A stretch of 64,000 bases of DNA from the NCBI GenBank assembly GCA_965601925.1, contig OZ271854.1, positions 3,136,001-3,200,000 on the forward strand, read 5' to 3'. Of the stretch, positions 28,263-38,316 are shown one piece after another (position 1 is the first letter of the stretch; each line of letters begins with the position of its first letter). The stretch comes from Alkalispirochaeta sp. GTDB lineage: Bacteria > Spirochaetota > Spirochaetia > DSM-27196 > Alkalispirochaetaceae. The notes under the pieces were generated by a model. The model made no database searches. It worked only from the letters and a program-made list of their open reading frames with translations, and was not told where the DNA came from. The translations under genes were made by a program, and so were the position numbers.

Positions 28263-29330
28263 TCAGTCGGTGAAGATCGCGTTCCAGCGATCGATCCACT
28301 CGTCCTGAACAGCCGAAATCTCCGCCAGATCGAAGAAGAGTAACTGACCGATCAAGTCGCTGCCGTAGGTAAGGTTGTCGCCGATCTCCGGGGGAAGCTC
28401 GATGTCGGGACGTGCCGGGGAGTCGACCAGATCGAGCGCCTGCGCCAACTGCACCTCATAGGAGAGCATATGGTCCACGTACAGATGCGCCAACTCGACG
28501 TCGTCCGCCCCGTGGGCGATCCCGATCATGCTGAAGGATCCGGGCAGTCCCTCGACGGGAAACGCTTTTTCGAGCGGGTGACCGGTTGCGGCCAGGCTCC
28601 CCCACGCAAAGCTGGTGTACGGCGCGGCGTATACCTCCTCCTGCGCCACGAGTGTGGTGAGTTCCGAGGAGCGGCCGTAGGCGGTGGTAATCAAATCGGC
28701 GGCCTGCTCCAGTGCCGTCCAACCCGCCTCGTGGTCGTCGTATCCGTCGCCGAACGCCGCGCCGAGCATGTAGATCAGCGTCGGTCCGTACGTCGTGGTG
28801 ATATTGGGAACCGAGAGAAATCCGCGTAGTTCGGGACGTCCCAAATCGGCCCACGAAGTGATCGGCTCGAGAAGATCGGTGCGATAGACGATACCGAGAT
28901 TCTGTATCGTGTACCCGACCGCCATCCCGTTTCCCAACGGATCACGAGCAAACTCGTAGATGCCGTCCAGGTTGGTCAGTAGCGACGGATCGTAGGGCTG
29001 AAGAAGACCCTCCTCCGAGGCGTTGAGCGCCCAGTTCGCGGCAAAGAGTGCGACATCGACCTCGGGGTTGTTCCGGCGCGCCGCCATACGCGTGAAGCGC
29101 TCCGAGTTGTTACCCGTCTCGAATACGACATCGACGCCGTGTGCCTCCTCAAAGGGACGCACGACATTCTCTTCGATCAGATCGAGGTTGAATCCCCACG
29201 CCGATACGACGAGTGTTTCACCGGCAAAGGGCATATCTTCGTTTCCCTCCGTCTCCGGTTGCCCCGAAGCAAAGGCCAATATCGGAACCGCGATCACCAG
29301 AATAAGGGAAAGGATCGAGCGATTGTTCAT
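28263..29330 (-). CDS. ABC transporter substrate-binding protein (PotD/PotF-like fold)
   Basis: Signal peptide, LVVSAWG, PFEEAHGV, ITSWADL; AAGGAGG RBS and an upstream TTGACA at 29375-29380. Confidence 0.9.
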   Translation of the reverse strand: MNNRSILSLILVIAVPILAFASGQPETEGNEDMPFAGETLVVSAWGFNLDLIEENVVRPFEEAHGVDVVFETGNNSERFTRMAARRNNPEVDVALFAANWALNASEEGLLQPYDPSLLTNLDGIYEFARDPLGNGMAVGYTIQNLGIVYRTDLLEPITSWADLGRPELRGFLSVPNITTTYGPTLIYMLGAAFGDGYDDHEAGWTALEQAADLITTAYGRSSELTTLVAQEEVYAAPYTSFAWGSLAATGHPLEKAFPVEGLPGSFSMIGIAHGADDVELAHLYVDHMLSYEVQLAQALDLVDSPARPDIELPPEIGDNLTYGSDLIGQLLFFDLAEISAVQDEWIDRWNAIFTD

Positions 29331-29755
29331 ACGCGGGCCTCCTTCGCACCATGTTTATGGGCGAAGCGGCGCGTTGTCAATGGAAAACGGCGCGAACGAG
29401 CCCGGTGTCTACCTGCCGATCACGTTTGCGGTCCTCGTCACCGAGTTTCGTAGCGAGTCGACGCTATCCGTCTATTCGACGCCTTCGTCGCAGGAGGCGT
29501 AGATCGGATCGTCGATGGGGTAGCTGCTTCCGACTGTGAGGACGATCGTGTTTGCCTAGATTTCTCTGCGCAAAGCGATCCGGGCATCGTCGACGCCGCC
29601 GGTGACCGCGATCGGATCGACACGGTCGGCATCCGTTTGAGCGCCCCACCGGTTACGGTAACGGTCTGTGGATGTTCGACGAGAGTATCGGCTCCTCCGT
29701 CGATCGATTCGTCCCGCCCGAGAGGGCCGTGTCGTCTACCGCGGAGGGGGCGTCG

Positions 29756-30055
29756 CTACTCCGCTTCCGCGAAACTTTGCAGATCCCATCGGCTGGGCCG
29801 CGGCGGCTCGGCGGTCATGCCCGTCAGTCGGGCCAAGAGTCTTTTGAAGACCCCCGTCTCCATGAACGCTTCGGCGTGATCGCGAGACTCCCAGGTGCCG
29901 ATCGCGAGCGCCTCGCCGGTGGAGCGGGAGTAGAGCTGCATTCTTACGAACCCCTCGTGTCCCCGAGCGACCTCCAATACTTCTTGCCGCCACGTCGAGC
30001 AGGCTTCCTCCAGACGCTCCGGGACGAATTTGTACTGCATCATCGCCGTATGCAT
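29756..30055 (-). CDS. Antibiotic biosynthesis monooxygenase (ABM)-like dimeric alpha/beta barrel protein
   Basis: HEGFVRMQLY...IGTWESRDHAEAF; GGAGGG RBS. Confidence 0.75.
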   Translation of the reverse strand: MHTAMMQYKFVPERLEEACSTWRQEVLEVARGHEGFVRMQLYSRSTGEALAIGTWESRDHAEAFMETGVFKRLLARLTGMTAEPPRPSRWDLQSFAEAE

Positions 30056-30239
30056 GGATACCCTCCGTCACGGCAGTCTACCATGATTTTCACCGCGAGG
30101 ATCTCCCGCGCCGAGTTCACCGGAGAGATGTTCTCTATTCCACGGGAGCGTTTCATCGTCGCGCAGGTGTAGACACGGCGGAGGAGCTGATCAAAACGAC
30201 GCGGTTACGCGGCCGAGCCGTCCGGCAGCACCCTCCGTA

Positions 30240-33200
30240 TCACCCTTCAATCCTAAACGTCCGTATCTCAAAGGGTGTAAACGCGATCGGCTCGCCGGTC
30301 GCGATCGGTTCCGCGTCGGACCGTTTGCGCTCCAGGAGGTCGATTTCGACGGCTCGGGCTCCCGGGTCGCGTAACACTAAGCTCGCCGTTGAGTTGGTAC
30401 CCCGCCGTTCCACCAAACGGACCACCAATGCGTCGCTCTCCTCCGCCCGTTTAAGGACCGTCATACCGACGTCCCTCGAATCCACCGCCACCGGAAGCGT
30501 GACGCCCGGTGCGGCGTAGCCTGCAAAGACACGCGGCGGACGGTTGAGGGAAGCCGCTTCGTCCATGACGTCCGAGGTTGCCAGCGGTCCGGAGTGTGGA
30601 AGAAGGGCGTAGACGAAGCGGTGCTCGCCACGGTCCGCGTCGGGATCGGGATTCGCCGGAGAGCGCAAAAGATTGAGATCGAGCGTATCGTAAAGCACCT
30701 TGTAGCCGTACTTACAATCGTTAAGCAGTGCAACGCCGCGATCGGGCTGGGAGAGGTCGGCGTAGCGTTGTCCCACCGATTCGAACTTGGCCATATCCCA
30801 ACTCGTATTGCGGTGGTTGGGCCGCCTAACGTAGCCGTACTGCACGTCGAAACTGCCGTGGTCGGTCAGCACGGTGGTCGGAAAGGCGACGCGCAGCATG
30901 CGGTGCCGTTCGTACCATTCGACGCGGGTGTCGAAATCCAACCGTGCGCTCGTGGGGCGCAGTGACACGCGTTGCTCGATACGGGACCCGCCGAAGGAGT
31001 AGGTGAACGTGATCCCGATCCGTGCGTCGCCGCCGGTGATTGCGCTCCATGAATCGGCTTCGATCTCGGTGACAATCGCCTCCTCGTAAAAGATGTCGAT
31101 GTCCCACGCGTCCCAGTTGTTGGGTCGATCATCGTAGAGAGTGAGGGCGTTACCGAAACGCCCGTCCGGAACGACTTCCCACCGAAGGCGCTTATCGTAC
31201 GCGCTTACTAAGCGACCCGTCGGGGCAAACTCGTAGCGTACCGCGTCGTTTTCCAGGATGAGGGTCTCGTCTCGCGACGAAACCGCGTCCTCTTCCGCCG
31301 GCAAGGCGGCGCCGGGATGCACGCCGTCACCGGTCGCCCGTCCCGCCGCGTCTTTGGCGCGCGCCGCTGCGGCCTCCACTCCCCCGGGGGGCGGCGCGTC
31401 CGAACGTTCCACGGTGAGCGTCCTCACCTCTCCTGGTGCGAGGGCGATACGCGCCATAAGGGCCGAGCCCTCCGTCTGGGACGGTACGACGGCCCCCGAC
31501 TCCTCGCGCACGACGACCCGAGCGCCGTTCTCCCCGTCCACTTCGGCGACCGGTACGACTTCTTCCACCGCGGTGCTCAGGCTGTTGAAGAGCGTCACGG
31601 CTTCGGCGCGTTTTTTGAGTACACGCCCTGCGATGTGCTCTGCGGTCCTGTCGACCGTCTCCAGCGCCTCGGCGTGCTCGGCCCGCGTCACGCGATAGAC
31701 TTCGTTGATACTGGAGCCGGGGATGATGTCGTGAAATTGGTTCAGGAGGAGCGTCTTCCAGGAGCGGTCCAACGCCTCCCGAGGGTACTCCGCCGCGTCC
31801 GCCACGGTCGCCAACGCCTCGAGCTCGCCGAGGGCCTGCTCCAGTTTACGGTTGCCGCGCTTGATCGCTCCCTGAGTCGTGAGCGTGCCGCGGTGGAACT
31901 CGAGATACAACTCGCCCGCCCACGTCGGGAGCGGTGATGAGTCCGCGTGGAGCGTGTCAAAGAATGTCTGCGCCGGCGCGTGCCGTACCGGCGGGAGCCC
32001 CGCCGTGTTTTCCATGCGGCGCGCCCGCTCCACGTATTCCGGGACGGGACCGCCGCCGCCGTCTCCCACGCCGTAGAGGGTCATGAAGCTCTCGAGTCGA
32101 TCTTTCTCGGCAAAACGATTCTGCGCGGCCATGAGACCGGTGGGGCGCATCGGGCTGTTGTACGAGTCCTCGGGCGGAAAGTGCGCCAACACCGCGCTCC
32201 CGTCGATCCCCCGCCACCAAAAGGTATGGTACGGAAAACGGTTGAACTGGCTCCAGGAGATCTTCTGGGTGAGAAATGAGTCGATCCCCGCCTTGCGCAT
32301 AATCTGGGGGAGCGCCGCGGAATAGCCGAACACGTCGGGAAGCCACACGTTTTTCACCTCCACGCCGAACTCGCGCATGAAAAATGCCTTGCCGTGCATG
32401 ATCTGGCGTACGAGTGATTCGCCGTCCACGAGGTTACAGTCCGCCTCGACCCACATACCCCCCTGGACCTCCCAGCGCCCCGAGGCTACGTGCCGGCGAA
32501 TTTCATCGAAGAGGGCGGGGTAGTGATCCTTGACATACCGGTAGTGCTGGGGCTGCGAGGCGCCGAAGATGTACTCCGGATAGCGTTCGATCAACCGCAA
32601 TTGGTTGGCGAAGGTGCGGGCGCATTTGCGCACCGTCTCGCGCGTGGGCCACAGCCACGCCGTATCGATGTGGGCGTGGCCCGTCGCGACCGTGGATAGG
32701 GCCGAGGCCTCGGCCGGCTCCGCCAAAAGCGGTGCCAGGCGAGCACGGGCGCGTTCCACATTGATACGTTCATCGCGGTAGAGGTCCGCCGCCTCGCTCA
32801 GGGCGAGAAGGATGCGCGCTCGCCGGACCGACTCCCCGGGAAGCGCCTTCGCAAGATCGAGGAGCACATCAACGTCGAGGAACAAGTGCCAACTCGCCTC
32901 ACAGAAGAGTCCCAAGCGGGCGGTGGTCACGACGGCGCGAAAGGTGCCGTGGCGCTCCGGGTCGTCGTGGGCGGGATCGGCGGGGCGAGATATACCGGTA
33001 ATGGCGTTTGCCGCCGCCTCGATCCAGAGCTCCACCGACCTTCCCCCTACGGCGCGTTCTTCCAAGAGGACTCGCGTCTTCACGAAGTTGGGGTCGTAGA
33101 TAGAACCACCGGAGAAGGCCTCTCTGGGCGTCCCATCATCGTTAAAGAGGAGTGCTTCGCCGCCGAGATCGATGAGCGCGACCATCGGTTTCCCGTCCCA

Positions 33201-33434
33201 TCCTTCGGGGACGGCGGCTCGGCAACGGAACCATGCGCTCTGCCAGGCCATTCCCCATAGGTCCCCCTCGGCGATGGGACGCTGTCCGTCGGCGCGCTCG
33301 CTCCACGGAACGATACGGTCGGTCACCGATGCGGTGAGCTCAAAGGGAACGGTCTCTATGATCGTCGCCGACCGTATGCGTTCGACGAGTCGTTCGATAC
33401 GGCGAATGGTCAATGTTTCTCGATGCTGGTCCAT
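30240..33434 (-). CDS. Alpha-mannosidase, GH38
   Basis: GHAHIDTAWLW, GGMWVEAD, WLPDVFGY, GDGGGGP, LNQFHDIIPGS, LNDCKYG; start MDQHR after GAGGAG. Confidence 0.95.
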   Translation of the reverse strand: MDQHRETLTIRRIERLVERIRSATIIETVPFELTASVTDRIVPWSERADGQRPIAEGDLWGMAWQSAWFRCRAAVPEGWDGKPMVALIDLGGEALLFNDDGTPREAFSGGSIYDPNFVKTRVLLEERAVGGRSVELWIEAAANAITGISRPADPAHDDPERHGTFRAVVTTARLGLFCEASWHLFLDVDVLLDLAKALPGESVRRARILLALSEAADLYRDERINVERARARLAPLLAEPAEASALSTVATGHAHIDTAWLWPTRETVRKCARTFANQLRLIERYPEYIFGASQPQHYRYVKDHYPALFDEIRRHVASGRWEVQGGMWVEADCNLVDGESLVRQIMHGKAFFMREFGVEVKNVWLPDVFGYSAALPQIMRKAGIDSFLTQKISWSQFNRFPYHTFWWRGIDGSAVLAHFPPEDSYNSPMRPTGLMAAQNRFAEKDRLESFMTLYGVGDGGGGPVPEYVERARRMENTAGLPPVRHAPAQTFFDTLHADSSPLPTWAGELYLEFHRGTLTTQGAIKRGNRKLEQALGELEALATVADAAEYPREALDRSWKTLLLNQFHDIIPGSSINEVYRVTRAEHAEALETVDRTAEHIAGRVLKKRAEAVTLFNSLSTAVEEVVPVAEVDGENGARVVVREESGAVVPSQTEGSALMARIALAPGEVRTLTVERSDAPPPGGVEAAAARAKDAAGRATGDGVHPGAALPAEEDAVSSRDETLILENDAVRYEFAPTGRLVSAYDKRLRWEVVPDGRFGNALTLYDDRPNNWDAWDIDIFYEEAIVTEIEADSWSAITGGDARIGITFTYSFGGSRIEQRVSLRPTSARLDFDTRVEWYERHRMLRVAFPTTVLTDHGSFDVQYGYVRRPNHRNTSWDMAKFESVGQRYADLSQPDRGVALLNDCKYGYKVLYDTLDLNLLRSPANPDPDADRGEHRFVYALLPHSGPLATSDVMDEAASLNRPPRVFAGYAAPGVTLPVAVDSRDVGMTVLKRAEESDALVVRLVERRGTNSTASLVLRDPGARAVEIDLLERKRSDAEPIATGEPIAFTPFEIRTFRIEG

Positions 33435-33588
33435 AGGTTGCTCCTCTTGGAGCACACGATACTACGAAACGGCGTCGTGTAAAGAGTGCGTACCGGGCGT
33501 TCCGAGTCGTTGATGTGGTATCCGGCGATACACCGGCAACCTCGATCGTGCGTCGACGGCCGCCGATTCTCCGCGTACGCCGATGCAC

Positions 33589-34329
33589 TCAGTCGATAAA
33601 GGCGCCGCCGTTGAGATCCAGAATTTCGCCGGTGATGAAGGACGCACCGTCGCCGGCCAAGAAGAGTGCCGCCTCGGCTACCTCCTCGGGACGAGCCAAT
33701 CGGCCCAAGGGAATAGAGGCGATCACGGCACGGCGTTTCTCTTCCGACCATTCGGCGCTCATCTCCGTCTCTACGGCGTGGGGTGCGACGGCGTTTACCG
33801 TGATTCCGTACTCCGCGAGTTGACGCGCCAGGGACTTGGTCAGCGTGTTGACCGCGCCTTTCGAGGTACCGTAGACCGGCGCGGCGGTCAAATCACCGGT
33901 TTTGCCGGCGATGGACGTGATATTGACGATTCTACCGTAACGCCGGGGTATCATCGACCGTACCGCCGCCTTGCAACAGTTGAACGTCCCGGTCACGTTG
34001 ACCTCCATCACCGTTTTCCATTGATCATGCGTCAGCGTTTCAATCGTGCCGCGGGCGATTATCCCCGCGTTGTTGACCAATATATCGATCGCTCCCGCCT
34101 CGTCGACCACGTGTTGAAACGCCTCGTCTACGGCGTGATGGTCCGTTATATCAAGCGGAAGTGCGTGCGCCGTTCCTCCCGCCTTCGTGACGGCCCGCGC
34201 CGTCTCGGTAGCGTCCGCCGTATCCACGAGTACGACCGCGGCGCCCGCCCGCGCAAATCGGAGCGCCACCGCGCGGCCGATACCCCGCGCGGAGCCGGTA
34301 ACGATCGCCGTTTTGTTATGTAGTTCCAT
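33589..34329 (-). CDS. SDR oxidoreductase (FabG-like)
   Basis: TGSARGIG, LVNNAG, YGTSK; start MELHN after GGAGGGAG. Confidence 0.9.
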   Translation of the reverse strand: MELHNKTAIVTGSARGIGRAVALRFARAGAAVVLVDTADATETARAVTKAGGTAHALPLDITDHHAVDEAFQHVVDEAGAIDILVNNAGIIARGTIETLTHDQWKTVMEVNVTGTFNCCKAAVRSMIPRRYGRIVNITSIAGKTGDLTAAPVYGTSKGAVNTLTKSLARQLAEYGITVNAVAPHAVETEMSAEWSEEKRRAVIASIPLGRLARPEEVAEAALFLAGDGASFITGEILDLNGGAFID

Positions 34330-34360
34330 GTGGATACTCCCTCCGAACCCTCTGAAGGGC

Positions 34361-35644
34361 CTAAAAACCGTACAAAAGGCGCGGAACAAACAGTACGAGT
34401 CCCGGCAGGTAGACCAGAACGGCTATCTGTAGAACCACGACGATGAAAAAAACCGTCGACTCGCGTATGTAGTCGCGCGTGGAACACTCCATGATCGAAC
34501 AGACCGTGTACATCGAGATGCCGACCGGCGGTGTCAGAAGCCCGGTGGTGATGATAGTGCACATGATGAGGCCGAAGTGCACCGGATCGACTCCCAACGA
34601 TTCGACTAACGGCAGGAGGATCGGTGTGAGGAGCAGGATCGCCACCGATCCCTCCATCACCATCCCCACGGCGATCAGAAAGGCGATAATCAACAGTAGT
34701 ACGACGTTGGGATCGGTCGAGATTCCCGTGATGAGGCCCGTCAGGCGCTGGGGAACGCGCTCCACCGGTATACCGTAGCCGAAGATACCGGACAGGGCGA
34801 TGATGAACATCACCGCCCCGATATCGCGAACCGTGATGTTCAAAGTCTCGACCAGTTTTCGCCAGGTCAACTCGCGATAGATGAACACGCCTACGAACAC
34901 CGCATAGACGCAGGCGAACGCTCCCACCTCCGAGGGTGTAAAGAGCCCGAAACGAATCCCGACGAGGAGCAAAATGGGAAAGATCAGCGCCCACACCGTC
35001 TCCCCGAGGGATGAAAACACCTCGCGAAACGAGGCGCGCGTATCTCTTACCGGGCGATATCCCCTCATGCCGGCGGTAATGCGTACAGCGGTCATCAGGA
35101 TGATCATCATGATGAACCCGACCATCAATCCGGCGGCAAAGAGGCGTCCGATCGAGACCTCTCCGACGGTGCCGTAGATGATGATACCGATCCCCGGCGG
35201 AATGGTCGCGGTGATGAGGGAGGTAAATCCGATCACACCGGCGGTGTACCCCTTTGAGTACCCCTGCTTGACCATGTCGGGGCCGAGAATGCGCGCCTCC
35301 ATCGCCGCATCGGCGGTTGCCGAGCCCGACACGCCGCCCATTAAGGTGCTCAACACCACCGAGACCTGCGCCAATCCGCCGCGCATGTGCCCCGTGAGGA
35401 GCGTTGCCAGCTTGATCAAGCGCTCGGTGATACCCGTCGCGTTCATGAGATTGCCCGCGAAAATGAAAAGCGGTATCGCGATCAGCGGTACGGTCTGCGT
35501 CTGAGACACCGGCAACTGAGCGAGCATCGTCAGCGGGAGCTCCGGGTTCTGCAGGAAGAAGAGCGCTCCCGAGATACCGATTGCGAAAGCGACCGGCATG
35601 CCGACCGCCAGGAGAATCAGAAATACGATGAAAACAATCAGCAT
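34361..35644 (-). CDS. dctM: TRAP transporter large permease
   Basis: AIPLFIFAG, GGVSGSATAD, IPPG, DPVHFG, TPPVG. Confidence 0.95.
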   Translation of the reverse strand: MLIVFIVFLILLAVGMPVAFAIGISGALFFLQNPELPLTMLAQLPVSQTQTVPLIAIPLFIFAGNLMNATGITERLIKLATLLTGHMRGGLAQVSVVLSTLMGGVSGSATADAAMEARILGPDMVKQGYSKGYTAGVIGFTSLITATIPPGIGIIIYGTVGEVSIGRLFAAGLMVGFIMMIILMTAVRITAGMRGYRPVRDTRASFREVFSSLGETVWALIFPILLLVGIRFGLFTPSEVGAFACVYAVFVGVFIYRELTWRKLVETLNITVRDIGAVMFIIALSGIFGYGIPVERVPQRLTGLITGISTDPNVVLLLIIAFLIAVGMVMEGSVAILLLTPILLPLVESLGVDPVHFGLIMCTIITTGLLTPPVGISMYTVCSIMECSTRDYIRESTVFFIVVVLQIAVLVYLPGLVLFVPRLLYGF

Positions 35645-35658
35645 CGACCCACTCGTAT

Positions 35659-36138
35659 TTACCGTGAGGGTTGCGACGGCTGTCGTAGGAGAGCGACGAG
35701 CTTACCGACCGTGGTCATTGCGAGCATCGCGGCACCGACCGGTAGACTCAGAGTAACCCACGAGTAACTCACCGACGGAATCCCCTGGAACGAGCGTTGA
35801 CGCGTCCTATAGGCCAGTATGAATCCCAAAATGATCAGCGAAACCAAAAAAACCAGGATCAGCACGTGGAGAATCACGTTGACGACCCTCGCGGGGTGCG
35901 GCGGAAGGCGTTGGACGATCACATCGACACTAACCAGTCTGTCGTCCCGAAACGCTACATCGGCGGCGAGAAATGTCGCCCAGGCAAAGAGGAACAACGA
36001 GATATCGAGCGACCAGTTGATCGGTCGCGACACGGTACGCGCGATTGCGGCGACGACGATAAGTATCGTCGAGGCGGCTAAACACACCGACGCCAGCGCC
36101 GTTTCGATGTTCGTTATGGATCGTAGAAGTCGGTTCAT
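35659..36138 (-). CDS. dctQ: TRAP transporter small permease
   Basis: Four TM helices; lies between dctP and dctM. Confidence 0.9.
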   Translation of the reverse strand: MNRLLRSITNIETALASVCLAASTILIVVAAIARTVSRPINWSLDISLFLFAWATFLAADVAFRDDRLVSVDVIVQRLPPHPARVVNVILHVLILVFLVSLIILGFILAYRTRQRSFQGIPSVSYSWVTLSLPVGAAMLAMTTVGKLVALLRQPSQPSR

Positions 36139-36178
36139 TCGCGGTGCTCTCCCTGGGCGGCGATGTACATTGACGCGT

Positions 36179-36218
36179 CGTACGACCGCCCGCCTCTGCG
36201 AGCCGCGGCGGTCGTACG
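36179..36218 (-). terminator. Intra-operon stem-loop after dctP
   Basis: CGTACGACCGCC...GGCGGTCGTACG, perfect 12-bp arms. Confidence 0.6.
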
Positions 36219-36229
36219 GGTAGCGACAC

Positions 36230-37231
36230 CTACTTTCCCAACTCGGCGAAAATCCGGTTGCGTACGTCCAAGAGTCCCAACGCCTCGTACGCTTGGACCG
36301 AGGCGGCTTTGAAGGCGTCGATGTCGATCTCTCCGTGCGGGACGATCGTCATACCGGCCTCCGTCAAGCTCTCCTGCGCCTCCTCGGCGAGGCGACCCAT
36401 GATTTCGCGTGAGACCGCGAGCCCTGCGCGCTCGGCTTCTTCAACCAAGATCTCTCGATACTCCTCAGGCAGCGCGTTAAACCACGTAGCGCTCACGATC
36501 TGGAAGTTGATGAGCATAATGTGCTGCGTCTCGTTCAGATAGTCCAACACCTCGTACATGCGCGTGCTGTAGGTCGCGGGGTACACGTTGCCCGCGCCGT
36601 CCACCACACGGGTTTGCACGCCCGTGTACACCTCGCCGTAGTTGAGCGCTACCGGTGTCGCACCGAGGGAGCGAATCGATTCCATCCAAATCGGGGCGTT
36701 CGGCGAGCGGATCCGCAGGCCCTCGACGTCGGCCGGGGCGTATATGGGCTGATTGGTCAGAAGATTGCGAAAGCCTTGTACCCAACTGAAAGAGAGCACC
36801 TTGATGCCGTACTCCTCCTCGAGCTCTTCCAGCCACGCTTGAACGGTCGGCAGAGTGTTCAAGCGCTGCACCTCCTCAAGCGAGTCCGCGAAGTAGGGAC
36901 CGTTCATGACCGCAATATCGGGAACGTAGTTGCCCAATCTCGCCGAGTCGGTGTTCTGGCCGATGTTCGCGCCCTGGCGAATCTGCTCGATGATATCCTC
37001 TTCCACTCCCAACTGAGCGCTGTGAAAGACCTCGATCCGGAGATTCCCGTCCGTTCGCTCGGCAACGGCGTCCGCCCAGCTCAGAAACGCGGCGTGATAC
37101 GGATCCCGATCGGTGAGGACGTGGTTGAAGCGCAGCACATACTGTTGCGGCCCCTCCTCCTGCCCTCCACCGGCAAATGCTGAGGTGAGCGTAACCACCG
37201 TCAACAGCGCAATCAGCGTTACCTTGTTCAT
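36230..37231 (-). CDS. dctP: TRAP transporter substrate-binding protein
   Basis: Start MNKVT after AAGGAGG; FHSAQLG.E, GFRN, GLRIRSP, EVYTGVQTRVVDG. Confidence 0.93.
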   Translation of the reverse strand: MNKVTLIALLTVVTLTSAFAGGGQEEGPQQYVLRFNHVLTDRDPYHAAFLSWADAVAERTDGNLRIEVFHSAQLGVEEDIIEQIRQGANIGQNTDSARLGNYVPDIAVMNGPYFADSLEEVQRLNTLPTVQAWLEELEEEYGIKVLSFSWVQGFRNLLTNQPIYAPADVEGLRIRSPNAPIWMESIRSLGATPVALNYGEVYTGVQTRVVDGAGNVYPATYSTRMYEVLDYLNETQHIMLINFQIVSATWFNALPEEYREILVEEAERAGLAVSREIMGRLAEEAQESLTEAGMTIVPHGEIDIDAFKAASVQAYEALGLLDVRNRIFAELGK

Positions 37232-37244
37232 GGACTCCTCCTTT

Positions 37245-37297
37245 AACTGATATATCAGTTTTGAGAATATCGTAGTCCCCCTCATGCCATATGTCAA
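37245..37297 (-). promoter_or_regulatory. dctP promoter with a downstream palindromic operator
   Basis: TTGACA(37297-37292)-N17-TACGAT(37274-37269), then the perfect palindrome AACTGATATATCAGTT (37245-37260). Confidence 0.75.
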
Positions 37298-37443
37298 CAA
37301 TAAGGTTTTCTCGCCCGTCGATGGATCGCGCAACCGGATCGCGACGACCGGTCGATACTCGGCTTCGGTACCGCTTCTACCCCTCGGCCGAGTTGAAAGA
37401 CCGACGCTTGTGTCCTTCGCCGGTGTTCCCGTATACTTTTTTC

Positions 37444-38163
37444 GTGGCACGCCGCGCTATCGAGCCGGTACGATCGCTTCTCGACGCCTCCGCGGATCGG
37501 ACGCTCAGCGACCAGGTATATGAGTATCTGGTGGAAGGTATTATTCGAGGGGAGATCGTCTACGGCCAGACGCTCAACATTAAACGCATCGCGGAGCAAC
37601 TGCAGGTGAGTAGTATGCCCATACGCGATGCGATTAAGCGGCTTGAGCAGGAGAACATGGTCGTCATAAAGCCTCGCAGCAACTGCAAGGTGCGCGTTCC
37701 AACCAAGCGCGACACCCTGGACGCGATCGACGCGCGGCGAATGATCGAGTTGGCCGCCGTCGAATCGATCTACGCGTCGATCGTCCCGGCGCGTCTCATT
37801 CCGTTGGAGACCATTCTCAACGCCATGCGCGGCGTCGTCGAGGCGGCGGCCGAGTGTGAGGAGCCCGAGCGGCCGGCGGCGTACATCGAGCTGGATCGCC
37901 GTTTCCACACCGAACTATGCTCATTGGCCGCCAACGCCTACCTCGATCGCTTTTACCGCCAAATCGCGATGCACCTCAGCATGAGCTTTCGCTACGGCGT
38001 CGGCACGTGCCACGGCGTAGCGGCCACATTTGAGGAGCACGAGGCGATTGTGGCTTACCTTCGAGAGAACTCGCCGCAAGTCCTCGGCGTTCTGGATCGA
38101 CACCTTGCCCTCAGTCGAGGCAATATCATCGAAGAGTGGGCCTTCAGACAGCTGCCGGACTAA
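37444..38163 (+). CDS. GntR-family regulator (FCD), divergent from the TRAP operon
   Basis: LSDQVYEYL..VSSMPIRDAIKRLEQE, DRRFH, EEHEAI. Start inferred at GTG 37444. Confidence 0.88.
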   Translation: MARRAIEPVRSLLDASADRTLSDQVYEYLVEGIIRGEIVYGQTLNIKRIAEQLQVSSMPIRDAIKRLEQENMVVIKPRSNCKVRVPTKRDTLDAIDARRMIELAAVESIYASIVPARLIPLETILNAMRGVVEAAAECEEPERPAAYIELDRRFHTELCSLAANAYLDRFYRQIAMHLSMSFRYGVGTCHGVAATFEEHEAIVAYLRENSPQVLGVLDRHLALSRGNIIEEWAFRQLPD

Positions 38164-38316
38164 CGCAGCCCCGTCGGAGGACGGTTCTACGGCGCCCGTT
38201 TCGGCCCCACGCACCGTTCTCGGGGACGATTCGTGTCGTCGCGTCGTCGACGATGGAAGGGGCCGATGCGCCGAGGACCGTGCGTCCCCGGCGTATCGGT
38301 ACGACGCGCGGAGAGA

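Noticed and set aside
29331..29755. Possible purine or other riboswitch upstream of the nucleoside ABC operon
   Set aside because: No known aptamer motif was recognised, and a TTGACA promoter close to the start leaves little leader.
37232..37450. Apparent overlap of the extended dctP and GntR ORFs
   Set aside because: Both extensions run through the promoter region; better starts exist at 37231 and 37444.
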